Positions 48,054 to 57,813 of a DNA stretch of 64,000 bases are shown here, in pieces (within the stretch, counting starts at the first letter, position 1; the number at the start of each line of letters is the position of its first letter). A model generated the notes under the pieces. That model was given only the letters and a program-made list of their open reading frames with translations. It made no database searches and was not told where the DNA came from. A program made the position numbers and the translations under genes. Source of the DNA: a virus; IMG/VR virus record IMGVR_UViG_3300006339_000005, positions 32,001 to 96,000 of that record; one strand, 5' to 3'.

Positions 48054-49010
48054 ATGGCTACATTAGCAGAAATTCGTGCAAAACTCAAAGAACAAGAGAA
48101 TCGCTCTTCTGGCGGTTCAGGCGGTGACAACGCCATTTACCCATTTTGGAACTTAAAAGAAGGAGAATCGGCAACGATTCGTTTCTTACCAGACGGAGAT
48201 GAAAACAACACTTTCTTCTGGCAGGAACGTTTGATGATCAAACTTCCTTTTGCAGGCGTTAAGAATGAATCCGATTCACGACCTATACAAGTACAAGTTC
48301 CATGTATGGAAATGTATGGCGAAACTTGTCCTGTATTGAGTGAAGTACGTGGTTGGTTCAAGGATAAAAATTTGGAAGACATGGGACGTAAGTATTGGAA
48401 AAAACGTTCTTATGTATTTCAAGGTTTTGTAACTGACAATCCTCTTAAGGAGGACACAACACCAGAAAACCCAGTTCGTAGGTTTATTATTGGTCCGCAA
48501 ATTTTTCAAATCATAAAGGGTGCATTAATGGATCCTGACATGAATGAATTGCCAACAGACTATACCGCAGGTGTAGACTTTAGAATTTCCAAAACTTCTA
48601 AAGGTGGCTATGCAGACTATTCAACTTCAACATGGTCACGTAAAGATCGACCATTAAATGAAGATGAGTATAAAGCAATCGAAGATAATGGATTGTTTAC
48701 TCTAAGCGACTACTTACCTAAGAAACCTGGCGACGTAGAAGTTGAAGCTATCAAAGAGATGTTTGGAAAATCTGTTGATGGTGAGGCTTACGACATGGAC
48801 AAATTCGGAAGTTATTATCGTCCAGCCGGGATGTCAGCTCGTACAGGAGATCCTGTAAAAGCTGTAACTCCTACACCAAGTGTAACACCAACTCCAGAAG
48901 TTGCAAAAACAACTACTGAAGCTGTTACTACTGAAACAGCAGAAGCACCAAAACCTGGCGGCAAAGCGGAAGACATTCTTGCAATGATTCGCAATCGCCA
49001 GAACGGCTAA
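48054..49010 (+). CDS. Single-stranded DNA-binding protein (T4 gp32-like)
   Basis: IRFLP, CPV, V..NP, G..IF..I, DF.I.K..KGGYADY..S; strong AAGGAGG SD. Confidence 0.9.
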   Translation: MATLAEIRAKLKEQENRSSGGSGGDNAIYPFWNLKEGESATIRFLPDGDENNTFFWQERLMIKLPFAGVKNESDSRPIQVQVPCMEMYGETCPVLSEVRGWFKDKNLEDMGRKYWKKRSYVFQGFVTDNPLKEDTTPENPVRRFIIGPQIFQIIKGALMDPDMNELPTDYTAGVDFRISKTSKGGYADYSTSTWSRKDRPLNEDEYKAIEDNGLFTLSDYLPKKPGDVEVEAIKEMFGKSVDGEAYDMDKFGSYYRPAGMSARTGDPVKAVTPTPSVTPTPEVAKTTTEAVTTETAEAPKPGGKAEDILAMIRNRQNG

Positions 49011-49020
49011 ACAGTAACAC

Positions 49021-49047
49021 ATAAGGGGGGCTTCGGTCCCCCTTATT
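49021..49047 (+). terminator. cUUCGg hairpin (terminator or stabiliser) after gp32
   Basis: ATAAGGGGGGC-TTCG-GTCCCCCTTAT; weak U tract. Confidence 0.75.
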
Positions 49048-49068
49048 AACTTGGATTAAGGAGATCTA

Positions 49069-50121
49069 ATGACAAATAAAGTATTCGACGTTTCTAAGTT
49101 TCGTAAAAACTTAACAAAATCAATTACAGGTATGAGCTCTGGGTTTCATGATCCAACCGATTGGATCAGCACAGGAAACTTTGCACTCAATTATCTTATT
49201 AGTGGTGACTTCCATAAAGGTGTACCTCTAGGTAAAGTAACAGTCTTTGCTGGCGAACCAGCTTCAGGTAAATCATATTTTTGTTCAGCTAACATTGTAA
49301 AAGCGGCACAAGAACAAAATATCTTTGTTATTCTAATAGATTCAGAAAATGCATTAGATGAAAATTGGCTACAAGCATTAGGTGTAGATACTGACGAAAA
49401 GAAATTACTCAAATTAAGTATGAGTATGGTTGATGATGTTGCAAAAACAGTATCAACATTTATGGCAGACTACAGAGAAACACCAGAAGAAGAACGCCCA
49501 AAAGTATTATTTGTAATGGATAGTTTGGGTATGTTGCTAACACCTACTGACGTTGATCAATTTACAAAGGGTGATATGAAAGGTGATATGGGTCGTAAAC
49601 CTAAAGCCTTAACAGCTCTTGTAAGAAATTGTGTTAATATGTTTGGTAGTCATAATGTTGGACTAGTAGCAACCAATCACACTTATGCATCACAAGATAT
49701 GTTTAACCCAGATGATAAAATTAGTGGTGGACAAGGGTTTATCTACGCAAGTTCAATTGTTGTAGCAATGAAAAAATTAAAATTAAAAGAAGATGAAGAC
49801 GGTAAAAAGGTTACCGATGTACGTGGTATTAGAGCCGCTTGTAAGGTAATGAAAACACGTTACGCAAAACCTTTTGAATCTGTACAAGTTAAAATTCCAT
49901 ATGAAACTGGCATGGATCCATACTCAGGATTAGTTGACTTATTTGAAAAGAAAGGCCTACTAAAACAACAAGGCAATCGACTTAAATACGTTGATTCTTC
50001 AAAAAGAGAACATCTAGAATATCGAAAAGACTGGAGTGGTGAGAAGTTAGAGATAATTATGCATGACTTCGATAACCTCGAACAGAAAGATGTTGTTGGA
50101 GATGACGATACTGAGGAGTAA
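49069..50121 (+). CDS. uvsX: RecA-like recombinase
   Basis: ISTGNFALNYLISG, GEPASGKS, IDSENALD, VMDSLG, NHTY, SGG.GFIYASS, K.R...PF. Confidence 0.95.
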   Translation: MTNKVFDVSKFRKNLTKSITGMSSGFHDPTDWISTGNFALNYLISGDFHKGVPLGKVTVFAGEPASGKSYFCSANIVKAAQEQNIFVILIDSENALDENWLQALGVDTDEKKLLKLSMSMVDDVAKTVSTFMADYRETPEEERPKVLFVMDSLGMLLTPTDVDQFTKGDMKGDMGRKPKALTALVRNCVNMFGSHNVGLVATNHTYASQDMFNPDDKISGGQGFIYASSIVVAMKKLKLKEDEDGKKVTDVRGIRAACKVMKTRYAKPFESVQVKIPYETGMDPYSGLVDLFEKKGLLKQQGNRLKYVDSSKREHLEYRKDWSGEKLEIIMHDFDNLEQKDVVGDDDTEE

Positions 50122-50128
50122 ACAACAT

Positions 50129-50362
50129 ATGGAAAGTGGATCACAGATTAGCGAAATCTGGACTTGCTTCAAAGAATACATAGACAAAAAACATATTGAA
50201 ACAGTTGCAGAACGTTTTGTTGATTTATGTGCAGACTATGGCACACCAGATGAAGCATTTAGAGATGCATTAGGCATGGATAATGAACTAGATAAGGCAA
50301 TAACTTATTACTTAGATGAAGAAATGGAAGAAGATGATTGGGTTGAAGAAGAGGATTATTAA
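50129..50362 (+). CDS. Small acidic hypothetical protein; start revised to MESGSQ
   Basis: GAGGAG SD at 50113-50118. Confidence 0.6.
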   Translation: MESGSQISEIWTCFKEYIDKKHIETVAERFVDLCADYGTPDEAFRDALGMDNELDKAITYYLDEEMEEDDWVEEEDY

Positions 50363-50817
50363 TGGGATGGTATTCTGATATTGCTAAAGACGTTAGCAAA
50401 ATACCCGCGGCAATTGGTTATTTTGAACATGAATTAGACGAAGCAAAAGCCGAGGTTAGGATTAGAGGAAATGTAGAAAGGTCTGCGGCAGAGATGCCGG
50501 GGATAGTTGAACATCGATTTAATCAGCTTCAAGAACTAGAGGCAATACTAGAATACTTAAATATCGAATTACGAAGACTACGAAGTACATTTTTTAGAAA
50601 ATATTTGGAAAATTATCAACGAGCATTAAGCAGTCGTGATGTAGAAAAATATGTTGATGGCGAAGCAGATGTTGTTGATTATGAAAAAATTATAAATGAA
50701 TTTGCATTAATGCGGAACAAATGGTTAGGAGTCACAAAGGCACTCGATCAAAAGCAATGGCAACTAACTAATATTGTAAAGCTTCGTGTAGCCGGAATGG
50801 AAGATGCTAGACTTTAG
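50362..50817 (+). CDS. uvsY: Recombination mediator
   Basis: KYLENYQRALSSRDVEKYVDGE; terminal LRVAGMED; next to uvsX. Confidence 0.85.
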   Translation: MGWYSDIAKDVSKIPAAIGYFEHELDEAKAEVRIRGNVERSAAEMPGIVEHRFNQLQELEAILEYLNIELRRLRSTFFRKYLENYQRALSSRDVEKYVDGEADVVDYEKIINEFALMRNKWLGVTKALDQKQWQLTNIVKLRVAGMEDARL

Positions 50818-50824
50818 GAACTAA

Positions 50825-51514
50825 ATGAAACTAACAGATACAGACATTGGTAAACAATATGGTGGAACTCATCGTGGAACTGACCATGTTGAGAAAACAG
50901 CAGAACGACCGCCAACACCGGACGAATATGCAAAAGCATATAAAGAAAAATATGAACGGACAGGACATCCTGCTCTTCCTGGATCAATACAAAAAATAGA
51001 AAGATTCGATCGTATTCCGTCAGCTCGATTTGTTAATAGAAACGGAATTCGCGGTGACTTTGATCTTATTGATTCACAATCTTTATTCAAAGATCAAAGA
51101 ATTGTATTGTTTAGTTTACCAGGAGCATTTACTCCTACTTGTTCAGAAAAACAATTACCTGCGTATGACGAAGCATACGATAGATTTAAAGGTTTAGGTA
51201 TTAACGAAGTATATTGTGTTTCAGTTAACGACGGCTTTGTAATGAATGCCTGGGCTGAAGATATACAAATTAAAAATGTAAAATTACTTGCTGATGGTAA
51301 TGGTGATTTTACACAAGCGATGGGTATGCTTGTAAGAAAACGTCATGTTGGGTTTGCCAACCGTTCTTGGCGCTATGCAATATATGTAATTAACGGCATA
51401 GTTGATCAAGCATTTATTGAACCTGGATTTAATCATGACGGTGCTGACACCGACCCTTATACTGTTTCGGACCCTGAAACGGTACTCAGTTACATACAAA
51501 CTACATTACGTTAA
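50825..51514 (+). CDS. Peroxiredoxin (Prx5/redoxin type) with an N-terminal extension
   Basis: FSLPGAFTPTCS, YCVSVND.FVM.AW, DGNG.FT, RSWRYA. Confidence 0.93.
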   Translation: MKLTDTDIGKQYGGTHRGTDHVEKTAERPPTPDEYAKAYKEKYERTGHPALPGSIQKIERFDRIPSARFVNRNGIRGDFDLIDSQSLFKDQRIVLFSLPGAFTPTCSEKQLPAYDEAYDRFKGLGINEVYCVSVNDGFVMNAWAEDIQIKNVKLLADGNGDFTQAMGMLVRKRHVGFANRSWRYAIYVINGIVDQAFIEPGFNHDGADTDPYTVSDPETVLSYIQTTLR

Positions 51515-51532
51515 TTATTAAATACAGTTGTA

Positions 51533-52318
51533 ATGACAATTGTATTAGTAACAGGTGGATTCGATCCACTTCACTCTGGCCATATAGCCTATTTCAAGGC
51601 GGCTAAAATAAAAGGTGCCCAACTATGGGTTGGTGTTAATTCTGACGCATGGCTAATACGTAAAAAAGGTAGAGCGTTTATGCCTATGAAAGAACGCTGT
51701 GAAATAATTAAAAATCTTAAAATGGTAGATAAAGTTATTGATGTTGTTAACGATCATAAAGTTGACGACTCAGGAGGCGCAATTTTTAAAGCATTTGCCA
51801 TAGGTGCAGACAAAATTATTTTTGCAAACGGGGGTGATAGAACTAAAGAAAATATTCCAGAAATGGAACAATGGGGCAACAATCCTAATGTAGAATTCAT
51901 ATTTGGTGTTGGAGGTAATACTAAACAAAATTCTAGTAGTTGGATATTAGATGAATGGAAAAATCCAAAAACAATACGAAACTGGGGTTGGTATAGAGTA
52001 CTAGATGAGAAGCCTGGCTATAAAGTTAAAGAATTAGTAATAAAACCTGGTAAACATTTAAGTATGCAACGCCATGAACATAGAGCTGAACATTGGTATA
52101 TTCTTAAAGGAAAATGTACACTTAATACAATAAATGTTTCATCTGATTTTGAACAACTAGGACAATATAACGAACATCAAACAATTACGATTCATAAAGG
52201 ACAATGGCATCAAGGGGGCAATAATACAAAAGAACCTTGTCATATATTAGAAGTACAGTACGGTGACCAGTGTATAGAAGAAGACATTGAACGACTAAAA
52301 CTTAAGGTACTAGAATGA
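51533..52318 (+). CDS. Nucleotidyltransferase (cytidylyltransferase family) fused to a mannose-6-P isomerase-type cupin
   Basis: TGGFDPLHSGHI, VGVNSD.WL..KKG, FANGGDR; R.WG.Y.VL, LSMQRH.HRAEHW, EVQYG..C.E.DI.R. Confidence 0.88.
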   Translation: MTIVLVTGGFDPLHSGHIAYFKAAKIKGAQLWVGVNSDAWLIRKKGRAFMPMKERCEIIKNLKMVDKVIDVVNDHKVDDSGGAIFKAFAIGADKIIFANGGDRTKENIPEMEQWGNNPNVEFIFGVGGNTKQNSSSWILDEWKNPKTIRNWGWYRVLDEKPGYKVKELVIKPGKHLSMQRHEHRAEHWYILKGKCTLNTINVSSDFEQLGQYNEHQTITIHKGQWHQGGNNTKEPCHILEVQYGDQCIEEDIERLKLKVLE

Positions 52319-53034
52319 AAACAAAAAAAGAACTAGCCTGGGAACGAAAGTTAGAAAAAGATATTGATCATTCACACTTAACTGATGACGAATGGTATAT
52401 GGTTGGTGTTTGTAAACCATATACCATGACAAGTGGAAAAAGACTTTTACATACATTTAATACTGTTAAAGAACTAGATAAAAATAATATTAAAGGTGAC
52501 ATAGTAGAATGTGGAGTATGGCGTGGTGGACAAATAATTAGTGCCTGGTTAGCAAATAAAACAACAGATAGAGACTTTTGGTTATTTGATACGTTCCAAG
52601 GAATGACACCGCCAACAATAGATGATTACAAACTTAATCCAGATGGTTCAAAAGGATATGCTCATGAAAGTGGAAAAGCAAAAGCAGGTTATGATAACTG
52701 GTGTAGAGCAGAATTACAAGAAGTTGTAAACAATATAAACCCGTTTATTCCACAAAGACAAACACATTACGTTGTAGGTGACATACGCGAAACACTTAAA
52801 AATCCAAAAAATATTCCTCAACAAATTGCATTACTTCGACTAGATACTGACTGGTATGAAAGTACATTATCCGAGTTAACTCATTTATGGCCAATGGTAA
52901 CGCCAGGAGGAATATGTGTATTAGACGACTATAATAGTTGGCAAGGAAGTAAAAAAGCCTTTCATGATGCTCTAGGAAACTCAATAAAGATACATACTAT
53001 TGACCAGGTTGCCGTCTGGTTCCGGAAAGAATAA
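52315..53034 (+). CDS. TylF/MycF-family sugar O-methyltransferase
   Basis: GDIVECGVWRGG, WLFDTFQGM, IALLRLDTDWYEST, GG...LDDY. Confidence 0.92.
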   Translation: MKTKKELAWERKLEKDIDHSHLTDDEWYMVGVCKPYTMTSGKRLLHTFNTVKELDKNNIKGDIVECGVWRGGQIISAWLANKTTDRDFWLFDTFQGMTPPTIDDYKLNPDGSKGYAHESGKAKAGYDNWCRAELQEVVNNINPFIPQRQTHYVVGDIRETLKNPKNIPQQIALLRLDTDWYESTLSELTHLWPMVTPGGICVLDDYNSWQGSKKAFHDALGNSIKIHTIDQVAVWFRKE

Positions 53035-53036
53035 GA

Positions 53037-53744
53037 ATGAGATTGAAAGTATTTGTAGGATATGACACACGAGAGGATATTTCTTTTCAAGTATGTGAAC
53101 ATAGCATACTAAGGCATAATATTGGCATAGATACTGTGGAAATTAAACCATTAATTCAAGATGACTTACGTAAAAGAAATCTTTACTGGCGTGATGTTGA
53201 TAAACTAGGTTCAACTGAATTTACATTTACAAGATTTTTAATACCAGCATTAATGAATTATAAAGGTTGGGCATTATTTTGTGATAGTGATATTGTATTT
53301 CTAGAAAATGTTTCTAATTTATTTCAACTTGTTAATGACAAGTATGCTGTAATGTGTGTTAAACACGTTCATAATCCACAAGTAGGATTAAAAATGGATG
53401 GGCGTCAACAATTACAATACCCAAGAAAAAACTGGAGTTCAGTAGTATTATGGAACTGCGGACATCCAAGTAATCAAAACTTAACAGTTGATGTAATTAA
53501 TGCTGAAGATACAACAGGAAAATATTTACATAGATTTGCTTGGTTAGAAGATGAAGAAATAGGATCACTTCCACATGAGTGGAACTGGTTAGTGGGCTGG
53601 TATAGAGAACCAAAAGATGGTAAACCTAAAGCATTACATTATACAGAAGGTGGACCTTGGTTTAAAAATTATCGTGAGTGTGAATATAATAAAGAATGGA
53701 AAACTGCATTACTAGAAATGATGAAGGGAGGAGGGTTCGACTAA
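53037..53744 (+). CDS. Glycosyltransferase (GT-A, GT8-like)
   Basis: VFVGYD.RE, STEFTFTRFL.P, FCDSD, YPRKNWSS, LP.EWNWLVG, HYTEGGPW. Confidence 0.85.
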   Translation: MRLKVFVGYDTREDISFQVCEHSILRHNIGIDTVEIKPLIQDDLRKRNLYWRDVDKLGSTEFTFTRFLIPALMNYKGWALFCDSDIVFLENVSNLFQLVNDKYAVMCVKHVHNPQVGLKMDGRQQLQYPRKNWSSVVLWNCGHPSNQNLTVDVINAEDTTGKYLHRFAWLEDEEIGSLPHEWNWLVGWYREPKDGKPKALHYTEGGPWFKNYRECEYNKEWKTALLEMMKGGGFD

Positions 53745-53745
53745 A

Positions 53746-54798
53746 ATGGAATGGGACCCCAGAAACTTGAAACCAGATTTAAAAGATTTAGTTAATCATA
53801 TACTTGCCGCAGTAGCAACAGGTAAAGCTAAAGATGCCGTTAATGCTGTGACTGAAGCATTTGAAAATGTTAAATCTCCCCAACTAATTTGTGTTGATAG
53901 TGGAATTAAAAAAGTAGAGAAAAAAGAAAAAGCACCATTTGGGTTAGTTGATTCTTTTGTTATGGCTATGGCATTAGGATCAAATGGAAAATATATTAGG
54001 GCTGATGATTTAGACTGGAATGACAAAACACCAATACTAGTAAGAGGGTTAGGCAAAACTAAAATTATTAAAAGATGTATTGAAGAAAAAAGAGATTTTT
54101 ATTTTATGGATACAGGATATTTAGGAAATAATCCTAGTCCTATGAATCCAAATGGTAAAAAAACATATCATAGAATTGTAAAAAATGCTTTACAAAATCT
54201 TCATATGCCTGCAAGGGATAGAATTGAAGATAAAGGAAAAGATCCAAGAGACGATGATGACCTTGCACAACGAAAACTTGATGCTAACTTATTAATAAAA
54301 GCACCACAGCATTATAGTGGTGAAAGATGGAAAAGGCTTGGTATACAATTTAAAGATGTGACGCCAGGTAAGAAAGTTCTTTTAGTACCACCTAGTGAAA
54401 AAGTTATGAAATACTTTGAACTAAACTTAGACGAATGGATTGAAGCAACTATTTTAAAACTAAGACAACATACACAACGGCCAATCGAACTTAGAAGAAA
54501 ACCTAGTAGAGAAGCTAGGGTTTCTACACAAACTATGGAACAAGCATTAGCTGACGACATACATTGTTTAGTAACATTTAATAGTATTGCGGCTTTAGAA
54601 GCAATGGTTTATGGTAAGCCTTCTATAGTGTTAGGACCAAATTGTGCCCAAGACATCTGTGGAACAAGAATAGATAGACTTGAATTTACAACACATCCTG
54701 GACGTAAACAACTTACATGGCTTTGTCGTTACCTAGCTAATAATCAATTTACATATGACGAAATGTTAAATGGTCATGCTTGGAGTATAGTAAAATGA
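53746..54798 (+). CDS. Capsule-polysaccharide (KpsS/KpsC-like) GT-B protein, paralogue 1
   Basis: YFMDTGY, LLVPPS, R.KP, LVTFNS.AA.EA...G.P. Confidence 0.6.
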   Translation: MEWDPRNLKPDLKDLVNHILAAVATGKAKDAVNAVTEAFENVKSPQLICVDSGIKKVEKKEKAPFGLVDSFVMAMALGSNGKYIRADDLDWNDKTPILVRGLGKTKIIKRCIEEKRDFYFMDTGYLGNNPSPMNPNGKKTYHRIVKNALQNLHMPARDRIEDKGKDPRDDDDLAQRKLDANLLIKAPQHYSGERWKRLGIQFKDVTPGKKVLLVPPSEKVMKYFELNLDEWIEATILKLRQHTQRPIELRRKPSREARVSTQTMEQALADDIHCLVTFNSIAALEAMVYGKPSIVLGPNCAQDICGTRIDRLEFTTHPGRKQLTWLCRYLANNQFTYDEMLNGHAWSIVK

Positions 54799-55721
54799 GA
54801 GTAGTCGGATATACTAAAGTCATTCCACCTGGAACTAGAACTAGACCTTTAAAGCATAATCATAAAGAACAAATTATACGTAACTATGTTGAAGGTGTTA
54901 GAAAAGCTGGTGACACAGGACTTGTTTATGATGGCTTTAATTTATTAGATTGTGATGTTGCAGTTATGCAAGGCTTTATACATGAAGGTAGTGCTCATGT
55001 ACCACACATTCAACTTAGACGAGGTATTGCAGAGAACAAAAAAAATAAAGCATTTATAACAGCAGACAGTAATTTATTTTTGTATAAAGCAGTAACTAAC
55101 GAACCACATCATTATTTACGATATAGTATTAATGGTGTGTTTAATGATACTGGCAATTACTGTAATAAAAATTCAGACGACACACAATGGAAAAAGATAC
55201 AAAGAGATTTACACGTTCGTTTACAACCATGGACATTATACGAACGAGAAAATATTTTATTATGTTTGCAACGCAATGGTGGTTGGTCAATGAAAGGTAA
55301 AGATGTTGTTCAATGGGCTAATCAAAAAATAGCAGAAATTAGAACATTCTCTGATAGACCTATTGTAGTTAGACCACACCCAGGTGATAAAAAAGCACCA
55401 CAGTATACAAAAAATATTCATGGTCCTAATGTGCGTATAAGTTTTCAACCACACATAGAACATGATTTAGCAAAAACTATGTGTACAATAGTTTACAATA
55501 GTAGTCCAGCAGTAGCTAGTGTAATAGAAGGAGTACCAGTAATAGTTGAAGATCCTAGCTCAAGTCAGGTAGCTGAGGTATGCCATACTAATTTATCAGA
55601 CATAAATGATTTAAAGAAAAAAGAACGTGAACAATGGATTAGAAATATAGCACAATGTCATTGGAGTTTTGTAGACTTACAATCAGGAGAAGCATGGTCC
55701 CATATGCGAAAGTATTTGTAA
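54795..55721 (+). CDS. KpsS-like GT-B protein, paralogue 2; start revised to MRVVGY
   Basis: VVRPHP, VYNSSPAVASVIEGVP; ATGA overlap; GGAG SD. Confidence 0.6.
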   Translation: MRVVGYTKVIPPGTRTRPLKHNHKEQIIRNYVEGVRKAGDTGLVYDGFNLLDCDVAVMQGFIHEGSAHVPHIQLRRGIAENKKNKAFITADSNLFLYKAVTNEPHHYLRYSINGVFNDTGNYCNKNSDDTQWKKIQRDLHVRLQPWTLYERENILLCLQRNGGWSMKGKDVVQWANQKIAEIRTFSDRPIVVRPHPGDKKAPQYTKNIHGPNVRISFQPHIEHDLAKTMCTIVYNSSPAVASVIEGVPVIVEDPSSSQVAEVCHTNLSDINDLKKKEREQWIRNIAQCHWSFVDLQSGEAWSHMRKYL

Positions 55722-55868
55722 ATGCCAGCGATATGCGATCGCGACCTTGCAAACAGAATATGGTGGATGGTCAAGGGCAAAGCAATACCTGACCACTACA
55801 CTGATGAAGATTGTGAAGAAATTATAAAACGTTACTGGCACAGAGCAATGGAACAAGGAGGCGGATAA
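55722..55868 (+). CDS. Small 48-aa protein missed by the ORF track
   Basis: MPAICDRDLANRIWWMVKGKAIPDHYTDEDCEEIIKRYWHRAMEQGGG exactly fills the gap between flanking genes. Confidence 0.7.
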   Translation: MPAICDRDLANRIWWMVKGKAIPDHYTDEDCEEIIKRYWHRAMEQGGG

Positions 55869-56126
55869 ATGAAAATATTAAAAATTATAATGTGGCCATT
55901 TATAATGTTAAAGAATATATTAGATGGTAATTACTGGGCAGAAAAAATTGGTAATAAAACTGGTGCATATGATAAAGCACATAACAGTAAACTTGCACAA
56001 TGGTCGCGTAGCCTTACAGGATGGAAATGGTGGGCATATCAAATAGGTGTTGGTTTAGTATTTGTTGTTGTAGCAGAATTTGTATTAAACTTAATAGGCC
56101 TTAGTATGTTGCCTTGGAAATGGTAA
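55869..56126 (+). CDS. Small membrane protein (85 aa)
   Basis: Hydrophobic WWAYQIGVGLVFVVVAEFVLNLIGLSMLPW; GGAGG SD. Confidence 0.7.
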   Translation: MKILKIIMWPFIMLKNILDGNYWAEKIGNKTGAYDKAHNSKLAQWSRSLTGWKWWAYQIGVGLVFVVVAEFVLNLIGLSMLPWKW

Positions 56127-56969
56127 ATGTCAGACATTAAATTTGTAACTACATTTCATCAACCAGGTATGGTTGAATACGGGCAACGCTTTATTAATAG
56201 CTTTGCTGAACACGTTGATAAAGATATACATCTAATTGTATATGCTGAAGATTGTCAACCAACTAATCCAGATCCTTTACAAATTATTATTAAAGATCAA
56301 AAAGAAATAACAAAACTTATAGCATTTAAAGAGAAATGGAAGGACGTTCCAAAAGCAAATGGTAAATGTCCTTGGCCTGAAAGACGCCCTCGTGATCATC
56401 ATAAAGAGTTTAAATGGCACGCCATAAGATTTGCTAATAAAGTTTATGCTGTATTTAAAGAAACCCTAGACCCAGTTATTAATTGGTTAGTATGGATTGA
56501 CGCAGATACCTTTGTGCATAGTGATTGGAGTTATGAGCAAATTAAAAATTTACTGCCAAGAGATAAATGGATAACGTTTGTAGGTAGGGGCGTTGGAACT
56601 CAAACATGGCCTGAGTGTGGATTTTATGGATTAAATATTAAAGATAAAATGTGCAAACAATTTTTAGCAGAGTTTGAACGATATTATGAAGAAGCAGAAA
56701 AAGGAATTTTTACATTAGAAGAATGGCACGACTCATTTGTATTTGGTCACATACTAAATCAAATGAAAGTAAAATATCCTAATGTATTAGATTATAGTGA
56801 AAACATTTATAATCGAACAGCAAAAACTGGGGGTGGTGGACATCCTCTAATCAATTCTGTTTTAGGAACATGGCTTGATCATATGAAGGGTGTTCGTAAA
56901 TCAGAAGGTAGTAGTAGAAAGAAAGATCTTCTAGTACCTAGAAATGAGAAGTACTGGAATGAAGTTTAG
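56127..56969 (+). CDS. Glycosyltransferase-like protein (GT-A)
   Basis: FVTTF, RFANKVYA, WIDAD, ECGF, WHDSFVF, DH.KG.RK. Confidence 0.7.
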   Translation: MSDIKFVTTFHQPGMVEYGQRFINSFAEHVDKDIHLIVYAEDCQPTNPDPLQIIIKDQKEITKLIAFKEKWKDVPKANGKCPWPERRPRDHHKEFKWHAIRFANKVYAVFKETLDPVINWLVWIDADTFVHSDWSYEQIKNLLPRDKWITFVGRGVGTQTWPECGFYGLNIKDKMCKQFLAEFERYYEEAEKGIFTLEEWHDSFVFGHILNQMKVKYPNVLDYSENIYNRTAKTGGGGHPLINSVLGTWLDHMKGVRKSEGSSRKKDLLVPRNEKYWNEV

Positions 56970-57813
56970 TTTATGGACTGATTATGGAGCACAAAATAGT
57001 AAACCTGTTTTTGATAGCTTTGCTCACGGTGTTAGTATTACCGGCGGCTCTGTTGTTTATAATGACCTTGACAGTGACGTTGGTGTTATATGGAGCGTTC
57101 TGTGGAATGGTCGAATGGCTAACAACAGGAAAATATGGGAACACTACCGTTCGCAGAATAAACCGTTGGTAGTACTCGAAGTTGGCGGAATTAAACGGGG
57201 CACTACTTGGAAAGTTGGAATTAATGGAATTAATAGGGAAGCCGACTTTGGTCCTAAAGGAAATGGGCCCGAACGTGCAAACTTATTAAATTTAAAACTA
57301 GAGCCTTGGCGTCCTAATGGTAGAGATATAATTATATGTGGACAACATGATAAGAGTCATCAATGGCGTCATATGCCAGGTATGGCTGATTGGATTGTTT
57401 CTAACATTAAAGCTATAAGAAAACATACAGCAAGACCTATAATCTTTCGTCCTCATCCTAGATGTAGATTACCATTACTTGAACTTGAATTTAATCATTT
57501 TAAAAACGTAACACGAGAACACCCGCGACAACTTCCACATACATATGATGACTTTGATTTTAATTTCCATAATGCTTGGGCAGTAGTAAATTGGTCTAGT
57601 AATCCTGCTACACAGGCAGTTATTGGAGGCGTACCTGTTTTTGTAGGTCCAGAAAGTTTAGCGTGGGATGTTGGAAATGATACATTAGAAACTATTAATA
57701 AGCCAGCTATGCCTGACAGACAACAATGGCTAAATGATTTAGCATATACTGAGTGGACAACGGAAGAAATTTCTCAAGGATTACCCCTTAAACGATTGAC
57801 ATTTGCTCTATAA
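56959..57813 (+). CDS. KpsS-like GT-B protein, paralogue 3; start revised to MKFSLW
   Basis: IFRPHP, VNWSSNPATQAVIGGVP, LAY.EW...EI..G. Confidence 0.6.
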   Translation: MKFSLWTDYGAQNSKPVFDSFAHGVSITGGSVVYNDLDSDVGVIWSVLWNGRMANNRKIWEHYRSQNKPLVVLEVGGIKRGTTWKVGINGINREADFGPKGNGPERANLLNLKLEPWRPNGRDIIICGQHDKSHQWRHMPGMADWIVSNIKAIRKHTARPIIFRPHPRCRLPLLELEFNHFKNVTREHPRQLPHTYDDFDFNFHNAWAVVNWSSNPATQAVIGGVPVFVGPESLAWDVGNDTLETINKPAMPDRQQWLNDLAYTEWTTEEISQGLPLKRLTFAL

